A DNA stretch of 64,000 nt from an uncultured delta proteobacterium (GTDB taxonomy: Bacteria; Myxococcota_A; Polyangia; Fen-1088). Positions 21,163-30,876 of the stretch are shown one piece after another. The DNA lies in NCBI GenBank assembly GCA_963767925.1, contig CAVYGB010000002.1:672001-736000 (forward strand), given 5' to 3'. The notes below the pieces were generated by a model. That model had not been told where the DNA came from. It ran no database searches and saw only the letters and a list, made by a program, of their open reading frames with translations. Numbering within the stretch: the stretch's first letter is position 1; each line of letters opens with the position of its first letter. The position numbers and the translations under genes were made by a program.

Positions 21163-22665
21163 TCACCATTTCCTTCGGGCGTAGGGGAACCAGTACGACT
21201 TGGCTTCCATGACGTAGTCGATGTGCACGTGTTTCGGCTCGCGGAAGGCGTCGAGGCCCTCCTCGCCGAGCTCGCGTCCAATCCCGCTCTGGCGCATGCC
21301 CCCGAAGGGACCGGCCTCGTTGTCGGTGAGCGGGTCGTTGACCCAGAAGGTGCCGGCCTTGATCTCCTCCATGGCCGTCATCACGTAGCGCAGGTTGTTG
21401 GTATAGATGTTGGCGCCGAGGCCGTAGTCGCTGTCGTTGGCCAGGCGGATGGCCTCGTCGACGCTGGACACCCGCACGATCGCCGCCACCGGGCCGAACA
21501 CCTCCTCGCAGGTGGCGGCGCTGCCGTGGCGCACCCGATCGAGCACGGTGGGGGCCATGAAGTGCCCCCGGTCGAGCCCGGGCGGGCGCCCGCCGCCCGC
21601 GACGAGGGCCGCCCCCTCGGCCACGGCGCGATCGATGGCCCCCTTGACCCGCCCGAGGGCGTCTCTGGAGATCACCGGCCCCATGTCGGTGTCGGGCTGG
21701 CGGGGATCGCCGACCACGATGCGCCTGGCCTCGGCCACGAACTTCTCCACGAAGCGGTCGGCGACGGCGTCGACGACGTAAAAGCGCTTGGCCGAGGTGC
21801 AGACCTGGCCGCTGTTGAGGTAACGGGCCCAGGCCGCGCCCCTGGCGGCGATGTCGAGGTCGGCGTCCTCGCACACGATGAAGGGGTCGATGCCGCTGGT
21901 CTCGAGGTTGATCTTCTTCAGCGTGTCGGCGGCCAGCCGCATGATGTTCTTGCCGACGGTTGTCGACCCGGTAAAGGCGATCATGTCGGTGCCCTTGCTC
22001 CGGACCAGGGCCTCGCCCGCCTCCGGCCCGGTGCCGGTGACGATGTTGACCACCCCCTTCGGCAGCACCGAGAAGGCCTCGGCCAGGGCCAGGGTGGCCA
22101 GCGGCGTCTGGTCGGCCGGCTTGATCACAACCGTGTTGCCGGCGGCCAGCGCGGGGGCCACCTTCCAGGACATCAGCAGCAGCGGATAGTTGAAGGGGAC
22201 GATGACCCCGACGACGCCGTAGGGCTCCTTGACCGTGAAGTTGACCTGGTGCTCGAACCCCGGGGGGATGGTGGTGCCGCGCGAGGAGCGCCCCACCTCG
22301 GCGTAATAGTCGAAGCAGGCGGTGGTCCACTCGATCTCGTCGAGGTTCTCGATCATCGGCTTGCCACCCTCGAGCGTCATCTGCTCGGCGATGGCATGGC
22401 CCCGCTCGCGGATGAGGCGGGCGACCTCGTGCAGCAGGCGGGCCTTCTCGGTGCCGGGCAGGCGGCGCCAGGCGGGCTGGACCCGGCGGGCGGCGGCCAC
22501 CGCGCGCTCGACGTCGTCGGCGGTGGCGCGCGGGACGGTGGCGATGATCTCCTCGGTGGCGGGGTTCTCGACCGCCAATGTGGCGCCGCTGGCGGCGGTT
22601 CGCTCTTCCCCGTCGATCCACATCTCATGCGTCTGCGGCGTTTGCGAGGTACCCGGGTCCTTCAC
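21163..22665 (-). CDS. Aldehyde dehydrogenase
   Basis: PFNYP, FTGST, LETSG (catalytic Glu), NSGQVC (catalytic Cys), EEVFGP, FGG.RQSG. Confidence 0.92.
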   Translation of the reverse strand: MKDPGTSQTPQTHEMWIDGEERTAASGATLAVENPATEEIIATVPRATADDVERAVAAARRVQPAWRRLPGTEKARLLHEVARLIRERGHAIAEQMTLEGGKPMIENLDEIEWTTACFDYYAEVGRSSRGTTIPPGFEHQVNFTVKEPYGVVGVIVPFNYPLLLMSWKVAPALAAGNTVVIKPADQTPLATLALAEAFSVLPKGVVNIVTGTGPEAGEALVRSKGTDMIAFTGSTTVGKNIMRLAADTLKKINLETSGIDPFIVCEDADLDIAARGAAWARYLNSGQVCTSAKRFYVVDAVADRFVEKFVAEARRIVVGDPRQPDTDMGPVISRDALGRVKGAIDRAVAEGAALVAGGGRPPGLDRGHFMAPTVLDRVRHGSAATCEEVFGPVAAIVRVSSVDEAIRLANDSDYGLGANIYTNNLRYVMTAMEEIKAGTFWVNDPLTDNEAGPFGGMRQSGIGRELGEEGLDAFREPKHVHIDYVMEAKSYWFPYARRKW

Positions 22666-24923
22666 GTGTTCTCTCCTTTCGTGGGGCGGGCCCCGACCCC
22701 CGCGCGGGTTGCGGCGCCGGCGCCAGCGCGCGGCGAGATCCGCGCCCGCACGTAGACGAACTGGACCCCACTGCGGAGGTAGTTGTCGATCTCCTTGAGC
22801 ACGGTGCCGCCCGCCAGCCAGGACGGCCCCGCCGCCCGGGTGCTGTCCTCGATCAGCGTCGACAGGTGCTCGAACCCCTGGGCGGCCGCCCGCTCGCGCA
22901 TGAGGCCCAGCAGGTGGTTCTCGACCTCGCGCTGGTTCTTGACCGAGGGCAAGGTGGCCATGGCCTGCAGGTAGAACGTCGACCCTTCGCCGTGGCAGGG
23001 GTCGAGCAGCACCCCCTCCTCGTCGTAGTTCTCGAGGGGGCTGCCGACGGCGTAGGCGATGACCTTGCCCGAGACGGAGTCGTGCAGCGCCACCCCGATG
23101 GCGCGCGGGTTCTTCATGGAGGCCTCGATGGCCTCCACCGGGTACTGCAGCAGCGGGCGCTCACCCGCCTTCAGCACGTCCGCCGGGTACTGAGCCATGC
23201 TGCCGTAGCGCTCGATCTCGACCGGCATGATGGCCGCCCGCAGCTCGGCCAGGCGCTCGCCCGCCAGGTCGAACGCCTCCACCGTCGCCAGCGGCACGTC
23301 GCAGGGCGCGCCCACCCGCACCCGCGGCCCCAGCGCCGCCACCGTCCCGCCCGCCAGCACGTCCTCGACAGCGGCGCGCAAGATGGCCAGCGCCTCGTCG
23401 ATGGCGTACGGCTCCATGTCGTAGCGGGCGTACACCCGCAAGGTGCGCTCCCCGGCCGGCATCATGAGGAGCCCGCGGCGGAAGGCCCGATCCCGCAAGA
23501 CGTCGCGCCAGTCGGCGCGGGCCACGTCGAAGCCGAGCATGACCCCCATCCCGCGCACGTTGCCCACCAGCTCGGGAAAGTCGGCGGCCAGCCGCTCGAG
23601 CCCCGCCCGCACCAGGGCCCCGGTGCGCTCGACGTCCTCCAGCCGCACCCGATCGATGGTGGCCAGCAGGCGCACCATCCCGACCGCGTCGCCCTCCCAG
23701 GTGGTGTTGAACTTCTTCTCCTCCTGGAAGAAGGTCGCCAGCTCCTCGGAGACGAAGAGGACGCCGTTCTGGGCCTTCTTGGCCCAGGTGACGACGTCGG
23801 GCGGCGCCGGCAGCTCGAAGCGCTGGTGGGCCCACATCCGCCCGGTGGCGCCGAACCCGGTCTGGATCTCGTCGAACAGCAGCGGCACCTCGAACAGCCG
23901 GGTGAGCACCCGCAGCCGCCGGAAGAACCGCCCGCTGGCCACCCGGATCCCGCCCTCGCCCTGGATGGGCTCGGCCAGCACCCCGGCGCACCGGAGCGCG
24001 CGCCGGAGCACCTCGGCGGAAAACCGCCCCCGCTCCTCGGCGACGAACGCGTCGAGCGATCCTCCTCGTTCCAGTAGCCCGTCGATGCGGGTGAGCAGCT
24101 CGGAGAAGCGCCCGTCCTCGACGGCGTGGCTGCCCGTGGCGTGGCTGCCCGTGGCGTGGCGCCCCTCGGCGAGCAGGCCGTAGATCCGGCGCAGGCTGCG
24201 CGCCTCGCGCGTGCGGGTCACCGTCTCGTCGGCGTCGACCGAGGGCCAGGGCGCCTGCGGCCAGTCGAAGGTGGGGAAGCCGAGGCTGGCCCGCTTGCGG
24301 TGGGTGACCGCCAGGCTGCCCAGCGTGCGGCCGTGGTAGGCCCCCTCGAAGGAGACGATGTAGCCGCCGTCCTTCTCGCCGGTGCCGCGCACGCGGCTGA
24401 GCAAGACCGCCTTGATGGCGTTCTCCACCGCCTCGGCCCCGGTGTTGACGACGAAGTGCCGGGGCACCCCGGCGGGCGCGATGCGATCGAGCGCCCCCTT
24501 CATGCGCAGCGAGACGATGGTCTGGTACTCCGAGTGGGCGTAGCGGTTGACCGCCACCGGCAGCTCCGCCAGCACCGCCTGCACGATCGCCGGATCGTTC
24601 TCCCCGAGGGCCTGGGTGGCGATCAGCGCCCCCATGTCGAGGAAGCGGTAGGGCTCCCCCGCCTCGTCGCGATCGGCGGTGGCGAGGTAGGGCCCGATCG
24701 CCTCGGCCGGGTCGAAGGCCACCGGCAAGGAGTAAAAGAGCGCGTTCTGCGAGCGCTCGAGGGCGGCGTGGGAGGTCGGCAGGTAGATCGCGATCAGGTC
24801 ATCGATCGGCCGATTCGCCTCCTTGAGCCCGTCGGGCGTCCGCACGTGCACCTGCCCCGCCCGATACCGCGCATGAAGCACCGCCGTCCGCTCGAGGTAC
24901 TGCCTGACGGCCTCCGGAATCAT
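22662..24923 (-). CDS. L-lysine epsilon-aminotransferase-like class III transaminase fused to a C-terminal GNAT-like domain
   Basis: TGAEAVENAIK, F.GAYHGRT, EPIQGEGG, FDEIQTG, DVVTWAKK.Q, NTTWEG; extra ~190 aa C-terminal alpha/beta domain (IAYAVGSPLE, FYLQAMA, IDNYL). Confidence 0.8.
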   Translation of the reverse strand: MIPEAVRQYLERTAVLHARYRAGQVHVRTPDGLKEANRPIDDLIAIYLPTSHAALERSQNALFYSLPVAFDPAEAIGPYLATADRDEAGEPYRFLDMGALIATQALGENDPAIVQAVLAELPVAVNRYAHSEYQTIVSLRMKGALDRIAPAGVPRHFVVNTGAEAVENAIKAVLLSRVRGTGEKDGGYIVSFEGAYHGRTLGSLAVTHRKRASLGFPTFDWPQAPWPSVDADETVTRTREARSLRRIYGLLAEGRHATGSHATGSHAVEDGRFSELLTRIDGLLERGGSLDAFVAEERGRFSAEVLRRALRCAGVLAEPIQGEGGIRVASGRFFRRLRVLTRLFEVPLLFDEIQTGFGATGRMWAHQRFELPAPPDVVTWAKKAQNGVLFVSEELATFFQEEKKFNTTWEGDAVGMVRLLATIDRVRLEDVERTGALVRAGLERLAADFPELVGNVRGMGVMLGFDVARADWRDVLRDRAFRRGLLMMPAGERTLRVYARYDMEPYAIDEALAILRAAVEDVLAGGTVAALGPRVRVGAPCDVPLATVEAFDLAGERLAELRAAIMPVEIERYGSMAQYPADVLKAGERPLLQYPVEAIEASMKNPRAIGVALHDSVSGKVIAYAVGSPLENYDEEGVLLDPCHGEGSTFYLQAMATLPSVKNQREVENHLLGLMRERAAAQGFEHLSTLIEDSTRAAGPSWLAGGTVLKEIDNYLRSGVQFVYVRARISPRAGAGAATRAGVGARPTKGENT
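24123..24164. repeat. 15-bp in-frame tandem repeat (RHAT/GSHAT/GSHAV)
   Basis: GGCGTGGCTGCCCGT x2 plus a partial copy. Confidence 0.8.
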
Positions 24924-25141
24924 CCAGCGCCATTTTACCGGATCCCCACTCCCGCCCCTACCCCGCCTCCATCCGTACCACCACCGTCCCTCCCACCCCC
25001 ATCCCCCGCGAGCCTTCGGTGACAGGATGGCTAAATCTCACGCCCGCCGCCGCCGGGGAAGTGAGGTGGCATCCCACCCCAAGGCCCGCCCCCGCCGTCC
25101 GGGGGGCTGCAATCCCGACGCCCGTGGCAATATCGCGGGAC

Positions 25142-25417
25142 ATGTTCTGGATCTTCGCGGGCCTCTTCTTTCTCGTCGCCGTCGGACTGCTGGTCTCGGC
25201 CCTCTTCCAGAAGAAGCGCTACGACCTGATGACGAGCACCGAGACCGCCACCGCCGCCGAGCTGAGGGCCCTGGCAACGTCGGTGGGCAACGAGATCGGC
25301 GCGGGATCGTTCAACGACCGCTTCGAGCCGGGAGCGGCCCGCGCCGGAACGATCTCCCTCGGCGTCTGGACCTTCGACCTGGGCCTTGGGGGTCCGCGAC
25401 GGCGACTGTCGCGCTGA
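25142..25417 (+). pseudogene. Truncated GIDE/E3-ligase-like membrane protein (N-terminus only)
   Basis: TM helix, then T.TAAEL..LA..V..EIG.GSF; similarity is lost after about 25325. Confidence 0.5.
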
Positions 25418-25681
25418 TCGGGTCGGGATCGCAGGCTGGCCTCGGCCTTGCCGCTGGAGGGGCCATGATCCAGAGAGCCCCGAAGACCTGGACCTGCCTG
25501 CGCATCGGCGCGGGGGTCGGACTTTGCTGTCGTGGCTCGGTGTTCGACAAGGCGTTGCAGGGGAGGATGGTGCATTAGACGCTCTGCTCGATTGCTCGCG
25601 CGTTGACGGGAGAGGGTGGATTGCGCGGCGGGTAGCAGCGATCGGGTGACTCTGGGGGGCAGGCTCGGTAAATTGGCGGGC

Positions 25682-26071
25682 ATGGGGATTGTCTTGCCGA
25701 TGGTGATCGTGTTCTTGCTGCACGCGGGGTTTTTGAAGGTGGCGGCGCGGGTGATGCGGGGGGTGCGGGTGAGCTGGCAGGCGTGTCTGGGGTTCTCGGC
25801 GATCCTGGCTGGGCTGGCGGTCCTGAACCGCATCCTCTCCGTGAACGCGGGGACGTTCGTGCCCGACGGCACGTCGATCGTCGTGGGGCTCGCGGCTCAG
25901 CTCGGGCTGGGCGCCTGGTTCTTCGGGACGCGCGCGCGGGACCTGGAGCGGCGGCGGCTGGGGTGGCGGCGGGGGCTCGGGATGACGGCGCTGGCCACGG
26001 GGCTGCTGCTCACCTTCCTGGCGATGGCGTCCCTGGTCATCCTCTCGCTGTTGCCGTCCGGTCAGATCTGA
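25682..26071 (+). CDS. Hypothetical integral membrane protein (~4 TM)
   Basis: Hydrophobic 129 aa ORF with GC-biased third positions. Confidence 0.55.
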   Translation: MGIVLPMVIVFLLHAGFLKVAARVMRGVRVSWQACLGFSAILAGLAVLNRILSVNAGTFVPDGTSIVVGLAAQLGLGAWFFGTRARDLERRRLGWRRGLGMTALATGLLLTFLAMASLVILSLLPSGQI

Positions 26072-26141
26072 GGCTTCCGCGCAGCGGATAGGGGCGATCC
26101 GCGACTTGCTTGCTGCGTGACGGTAAGCAATTGTGCGGGGG

Positions 26142-27476
26142 ATGTCTGGTCTGGAGTCGGCGGGTCCGGGTGATCTGGAGCTGTTGCGGCTGCAGGCGGT
26201 CGACCTCATCGGCCGCGGCGGCGGAGATGGCGATGGGGTGGTCGGGTTGCGGGGGTTCCTGATCGCCCGCACGCGGGCGGAGGAGGCGCTCTGGGTGGGC
26301 GACGGCGTGCCGGCTGACCTGACCCGGGCCTTGCGAGCGGCGCACGTCGAGAGACCGAGCGCCGCCCTGGCCGAGCCCGCCGATCCGCCCGCCGCGCTGG
26401 CGGCCTGCGAAGGCCTGCTCGTCGCGCAGGGATGGCGGGTCGAGCGTGGGTCGGGGCCCAGCTACCTCATCGAGCCCGGCTCGCGCTTCCTGTCGTCGGC
26501 GCCCATCGAACGCTCCGACACCTCGACCACCTACGGGCTGCGCGGGGGCAACCCGGGGAACTGGCACCCGGTCGAGTGGGACGAGCTGCTCGACGGGCGG
26601 CTGGGGCCCTGGGCCATGGCCACCGTCGGTGACCGGGTGGTCTCGATCTGCCACACCCCGATCGCCATGACCGCCACCGCCGCCGAGTGTGGCGTCTGGA
26701 CCGATCCCGCCTTCCGCGGCTGGGGCTACGCCGCCGCCGTGACCTCCGCCTGGGCGGACATCTTGCGCTCGTCCGGCCGCCACCTGTTCTACAGCACGCG
26801 GACCGACAACCTCTCCTCGCGCCGGGTCGCCGACCGCCTGAAGCTGCGCCTGCTCGGCTGGGTCTGGCGGGTCACGGAGGAGAGCACCACGCCCTCAAGC
26901 TCGCTGCATCCTCTGAGCGCCGCCCTCCCTCCGCAACCCGACCCGGCCGCCGCCGCCCACCCCCGGCGGGTCGTCGTGGCCTTCCCGCGCATCGAGGACC
27001 CCGTCCCCTGGAACGCGATCCTCGCCACCCGCGATCGCCTCGACCCGCTCGCTGGCCAGGTCGCCCCGCACCTGACCCTGCTCTCCCCCTTCGAGGACGC
27101 GATCTCGGATCGGGACCTCGAGGCGCACCTGCGGGCCGTCGCGAGCGCCCTGCCCCCCTTCCCCATCACCCTCCGCGACGTCACCGCCCACGAAGAGGAA
27201 TACCTCTTCCTCAACGTCAAGCGCGGCAACGACGCCCTCGTCCAGCTCCACGACACGCTCTACACCGGCCCGCTCGCCGCCCACCGCCCCCGCAGCCACA
27301 CCTTCGTCCCCCACCTCACGGTCGGCCGCGTGCTGCCCGCCGACCTCCCCGGCGCCCTGGAGGAGACCGCCCCGCACACCACCCCCATCCAGGCCCAGGT
27401 CGACACCCTGTCCGTTTACCGCATCGACCCCGACGGCAGCCGCCCGATCCTCTTCGAAGTGCCCTTGCGCAAGTAG
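26142..27476 (+). CDS. GNAT acetyltransferase fused to a 2H phosphoesterase (2'-5' RNA ligase/YjcG-like) domain
   Basis: GVWT.P.FRG.GYA..V..AW and N.SS.RVA.RL (GNAT), then DPLA..VAPHLTL..PF and F.PHLTVGR (two HxT motifs). Confidence 0.8.
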   Translation: MSGLESAGPGDLELLRLQAVDLIGRGGGDGDGVVGLRGFLIARTRAEEALWVGDGVPADLTRALRAAHVERPSAALAEPADPPAALAACEGLLVAQGWRVERGSGPSYLIEPGSRFLSSAPIERSDTSTTYGLRGGNPGNWHPVEWDELLDGRLGPWAMATVGDRVVSICHTPIAMTATAAECGVWTDPAFRGWGYAAAVTSAWADILRSSGRHLFYSTRTDNLSSRRVADRLKLRLLGWVWRVTEESTTPSSSLHPLSAALPPQPDPAAAAHPRRVVVAFPRIEDPVPWNAILATRDRLDPLAGQVAPHLTLLSPFEDAISDRDLEAHLRAVASALPPFPITLRDVTAHEEEYLFLNVKRGNDALVQLHDTLYTGPLAAHRPRSHTFVPHLTVGRVLPADLPGALEETAPHTTPIQAQVDTLSVYRIDPDGSRPILFEVPLRK

Positions 27477-27522
27477 CGTTCCCGGTCGACCGGGGCCACT
27501 CCACCTCGAAGTGGCGCGGTCG

Positions 27523-29238
27523 TCACGGGGAGAGAGGCGTGACCTCCGGGAAGTCGGTCGGCGGGCGTTCGGCGCCCAGCCGGCGGCCCCTCGTGAAGCT
27601 TCCGGGCGCCAGCTCGCAAGCACCGTCGTAGGTTCGTCGGTAGTAGCTAGCCGGCTCGGAGCCGGAGCTCTGGGGACCGTCGAAATCGAAGGCACGCGCG
27701 ACGATGCGTTCGGGGCACGCGGTCGTGAGCGGCTCGCGATCGATCACGATCGCCACGTCACCCCCGCTGGAACCGACCAGCTCCGTGCAGACCGGGTCCC
27801 AGAAGTAGCCAGTCGAGATTGCTCCGGGCACGCACCGGGAAGAACCGTCCGACATGGCAACGACCTGGCAGCGCTTGCCTTCCGCGTTGTAGAGCGGATT
27901 CCAGAGATCCGAACGCTGGCCCACGGGATCCTCGCTGAGCTGCCAGGGCAGAACGACGCCCCCGGTGGCAAGGCCCTGGAAGCGAACACTCCCGGTTCCG
28001 CTGGTGACCAGCTGGACCTCGGGAAAACATTCATCGGGAACCGGCGCACCCATGCGGTGGTACCCCGTGACGGTCTCCGGAGCGTACCGGCAGGGCCCCC
28101 CATCCGCCACCGTCTCACCGGTCGAACATCCCAGCGTCGTGACGGGTGGGCCCTGGGCCCGAACCTGATCCCCGAGGAGGGCCAGGGTCGTTCCGGCACG
28201 CATCAGGGGCTCGCCCTCGCACCTCGGCGGGCGGAGCCGGTAGCAGGGGCCGACATCGTCCAGAGAGATCCGGCAGCAATCGCCGTGGTAAGTGGCACCG
28301 CTATTGGGAATCAAACGCAAGACGCCCACCTGATATCTCGATCGGGTCGGAAGGTCGTGCTCGGCGTCGTAAACATTCCCGAACCACACGCGCGATCCGT
28401 CGTCGCCGACCTGGACGACGGCGTCGAGGGTCTCCGTCATCCGGACGCGCTCCTCGCGAAAGACCACCTGCGGAAGCACGACGGCCTCCCCGGCGGCGAA
28501 GAAGTCCAGATCGCCGTTGCCGTCGCTCAGCGGCCCGGTGAGGGGGAAACACACTCCGGCCGCGTTGCGCACGTGGACGCTCCTCGAGACCGGCGGCCCG
28601 ACCCTCACCAGTTGCCCGTCGACCGTCCCGATGCGCGGAGGCGGACAGCTCGGGCGCGCCCCGAGCACCGGCACCAGGCAGGTGTCGTCCCGGAAGAGCG
28701 GGCCGTCGCGCTCGACGTTGCCCTCCGAGTGGCTCAGCCTCCAGGCCACCTGCGCCGGAACGCAGACGCTCTTGCCAACTTCGTCCCGCTGCTCGAGCCG
28801 GCAGATGGTCTCGAGGGCGCTGTCGTAGAGGCCCTCCAGCACCTGCGTGCCGTCGTCGAGGACCAAGTAGCGCGGGCGGATACGCGAGCCGGCGACCATG
28901 GTCGGCGGCGGCGTGACAGCGGACCCGCCCCCGTCCGCCTCCGCGTTCTTGCAACCGATCACGGGCGGCGACCAGGGCTCCGCATCGCCAGCGCCCGAGT
29001 CCGACGGTTCGGCGGGCGCATCGACGTCATCGGGGTGCTCGGCCGGCGCGTCGACCGCCCCGCCGGTCTCCAGTCCGGCTGCGTCCGCCTCCCCTGCATC
29101 CGGCCCGTTCGCATCCCGCACGCCCATCGCGTCCACGTTCGACTCGGCCAGGCCACATCCGACCGTCGCGATCGACCCGGCGGTCAGGACGACGACCGGG
29201 AGCCAGAGGCGGGTGTATCGGAGGTTCTTCCAGAGCAT
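27523..29238 (-). CDS. Cys-rich hypothetical lipoprotein (myxobacterial type)
   Basis: Lipobox TVGC, acidic linker, repeated G(S/T).(I/V)R.....DG...D....C......DG..RC.P modules. Confidence 0.65.
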   Translation of the reverse strand: MLWKNLRYTRLWLPVVVLTAGSIATVGCGLAESNVDAMGVRDANGPDAGEADAAGLETGGAVDAPAEHPDDVDAPAEPSDSGAGDAEPWSPPVIGCKNAEADGGGSAVTPPPTMVAGSRIRPRYLVLDDGTQVLEGLYDSALETICRLEQRDEVGKSVCVPAQVAWRLSHSEGNVERDGPLFRDDTCLVPVLGARPSCPPPRIGTVDGQLVRVGPPVSRSVHVRNAAGVCFPLTGPLSDGNGDLDFFAAGEAVVLPQVVFREERVRMTETLDAVVQVGDDGSRVWFGNVYDAEHDLPTRSRYQVGVLRLIPNSGATYHGDCCRISLDDVGPCYRLRPPRCEGEPLMRAGTTLALLGDQVRAQGPPVTTLGCSTGETVADGGPCRYAPETVTGYHRMGAPVPDECFPEVQLVTSGTGSVRFQGLATGGVVLPWQLSEDPVGQRSDLWNPLYNAEGKRCQVVAMSDGSSRCVPGAISTGYFWDPVCTELVGSSGGDVAIVIDREPLTTACPERIVARAFDFDGPQSSGSEPASYYRRTYDGACELAPGSFTRGRRLGAERPPTDFPEVTPLSP

Positions 29239-29462
29239 GGCTCCCTCCGCGGCAAGGCGCGAGCGGGTCATGAAGTATGGCGTGCCCGTTTCCTCCGCGC
29301 CTCCTTCGTCGCTGGCGGCAACGCGTAACGAACCCGGCGGGTAGACAAAGCTGCGCCAGGCGCGACCCTGCCGCGCCGGGAGATCTCCGCAGCGATAGAT
29401 CGTTGCGCCGCCTCCCCTACCCGCTCGTCGCGCGAAGCCCGGGGAAAGGCAAAACGCCAGCC

Positions 29463-30509
29463 CTACACGCGCTGGTCGGTGCTGGGTTTCACCCAGAGGT
29501 TGACGGCGCCTTCCTGGGCGTGGCGGTCGATCTGGGTGAGCTCGTCGGGGGTGAAGGTGAGGTTGCTGAGGGACTGGGCGGTGTCCTTCAGTTGCTGGGG
29601 GGAGCTGGCGCCGACCAGGGCGGAGGTCACGCGGGGGTGGCGGAGGACCCAGGCGACGGCCATCTGGGCGAGGGACTGGCCGCGGGCGCGGGCGATCTCG
29701 TCGAGGGCGCGGACGCGGGTCAGGTTCTGTTCGTTGAGGTGGTCGGGGCGCAGGCTGCTGCCGCCGGGGCGGTTGATGCGGGCGTCAGCGGGGACGCCGG
29801 CCAGGTACTTGTCGGTCAGCAGGCCCTGGGCCAGCGGAGAGAAGGGGATGCAGCCGACGCCCTCCTGATCGAGGCGGTCGAGCAGGCCCTTTTCGATCCA
29901 GCGGTTGAACAGGTTGTACGAGGGCTGGTGGATCAGCAGGGGGGTCTTGAGATCGCGCAGGATGGCGGCGGCCTCGCGGGTCTTCTCCGCGGAGTACGAG
30001 GAGAGGCCGACGTAGAGGGCCTTGCCCTGCTGGACGGCGGTGGCGAGGGCGCCCATCGTCTCCTCGAGGGGCGTGTCGGCGTCGAAGCGGTGCGAGTAGA
30101 AGATGTCGACGTAGTCGAGGCCCATGCGCCGCAGGCTCTGGTCCAGGCTGGCGAGCACGTATTTGCGCGAGCCGCCGCCCTGGCCGTAGGGGCCGGGCCA
30201 CATCTGCCAGCCGGCCTTGGTGGAGATGAGGATCTCGTCGCGGTAGGCGGCGAAGTCCTCGCGCAGGAGGCGGCCGAAGTTGATCTCGGCGCTGCCGAAG
30301 GGGGGGCCATAGTTGTTGGCCAGGTCGAAGTGGGTGACGCCGAGGTCGAAGGCGGTGCGCAGCAGCTCGCGCTGGGTGGCGATCGGCGTGCTGTCGCCGA
30401 AGTTGTGCCACAGGCCCAGCGACAGGAGGGGCAGCTTCAGCCCGCTCCGGCCACAGGGCCGGTACTTCATGGTCTCGTATCGGCTGGCGGCGGCGACGTA
30501 GTCCAACAT
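29463..30509 (-). CDS. mgrA: Aldo-keto reductase, L-glyceraldehyde 3-phosphate reductase type
   Basis: G.SGLKLP.LSLGLWHNFG, THFDLANNYGPP.GSAE, RDE..ISTKAG, DYVDIFYSHR, FSPLAQGLL. Confidence 0.9.
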   Translation of the reverse strand: MLDYVAAASRYETMKYRPCGRSGLKLPLLSLGLWHNFGDSTPIATQRELLRTAFDLGVTHFDLANNYGPPFGSAEINFGRLLREDFAAYRDEILISTKAGWQMWPGPYGQGGGSRKYVLASLDQSLRRMGLDYVDIFYSHRFDADTPLEETMGALATAVQQGKALYVGLSSYSAEKTREAAAILRDLKTPLLIHQPSYNLFNRWIEKGLLDRLDQEGVGCIPFSPLAQGLLTDKYLAGVPADARINRPGGSSLRPDHLNEQNLTRVRALDEIARARGQSLAQMAVAWVLRHPRVTSALVGASSPQQLKDTAQSLSNLTFTPDELTQIDRHAQEGAVNLWVKPSTDQRV

Positions 30510-30876
30510 GGCCCACAACTACTGCACCGACTTGGCGAGCCGGTCAATCCTCGCCGGCGCGCGGGGATACCGGCGGCTGTCTCCGCCCGCCGGGCCGCCC
30601 ACCGCGGGCGCTCCACCCCTGGTCTCCCTCCCGGCTCACCGCCCCGGCCCGTTCCACCCGAAACCTGCCGTTTACTGGAGCCCCTTTTCCCCGCGGCGAC
30701 CGCCACTTGCCCCCGGAGACCTGCCTCCGACCCAGACGCGCCGCCGCCGCGACCTAACGCCGCTCGCCGGTCGCGTGTCCTCGGCGGAGGCGGCGGGGCC
30801 CGGCCCGTCGGTACCGCGAACGGACCCGTGACTTGACTGGCGGGTTCCGGCGTGACAGCCACCGGGGGAAGCTCCC

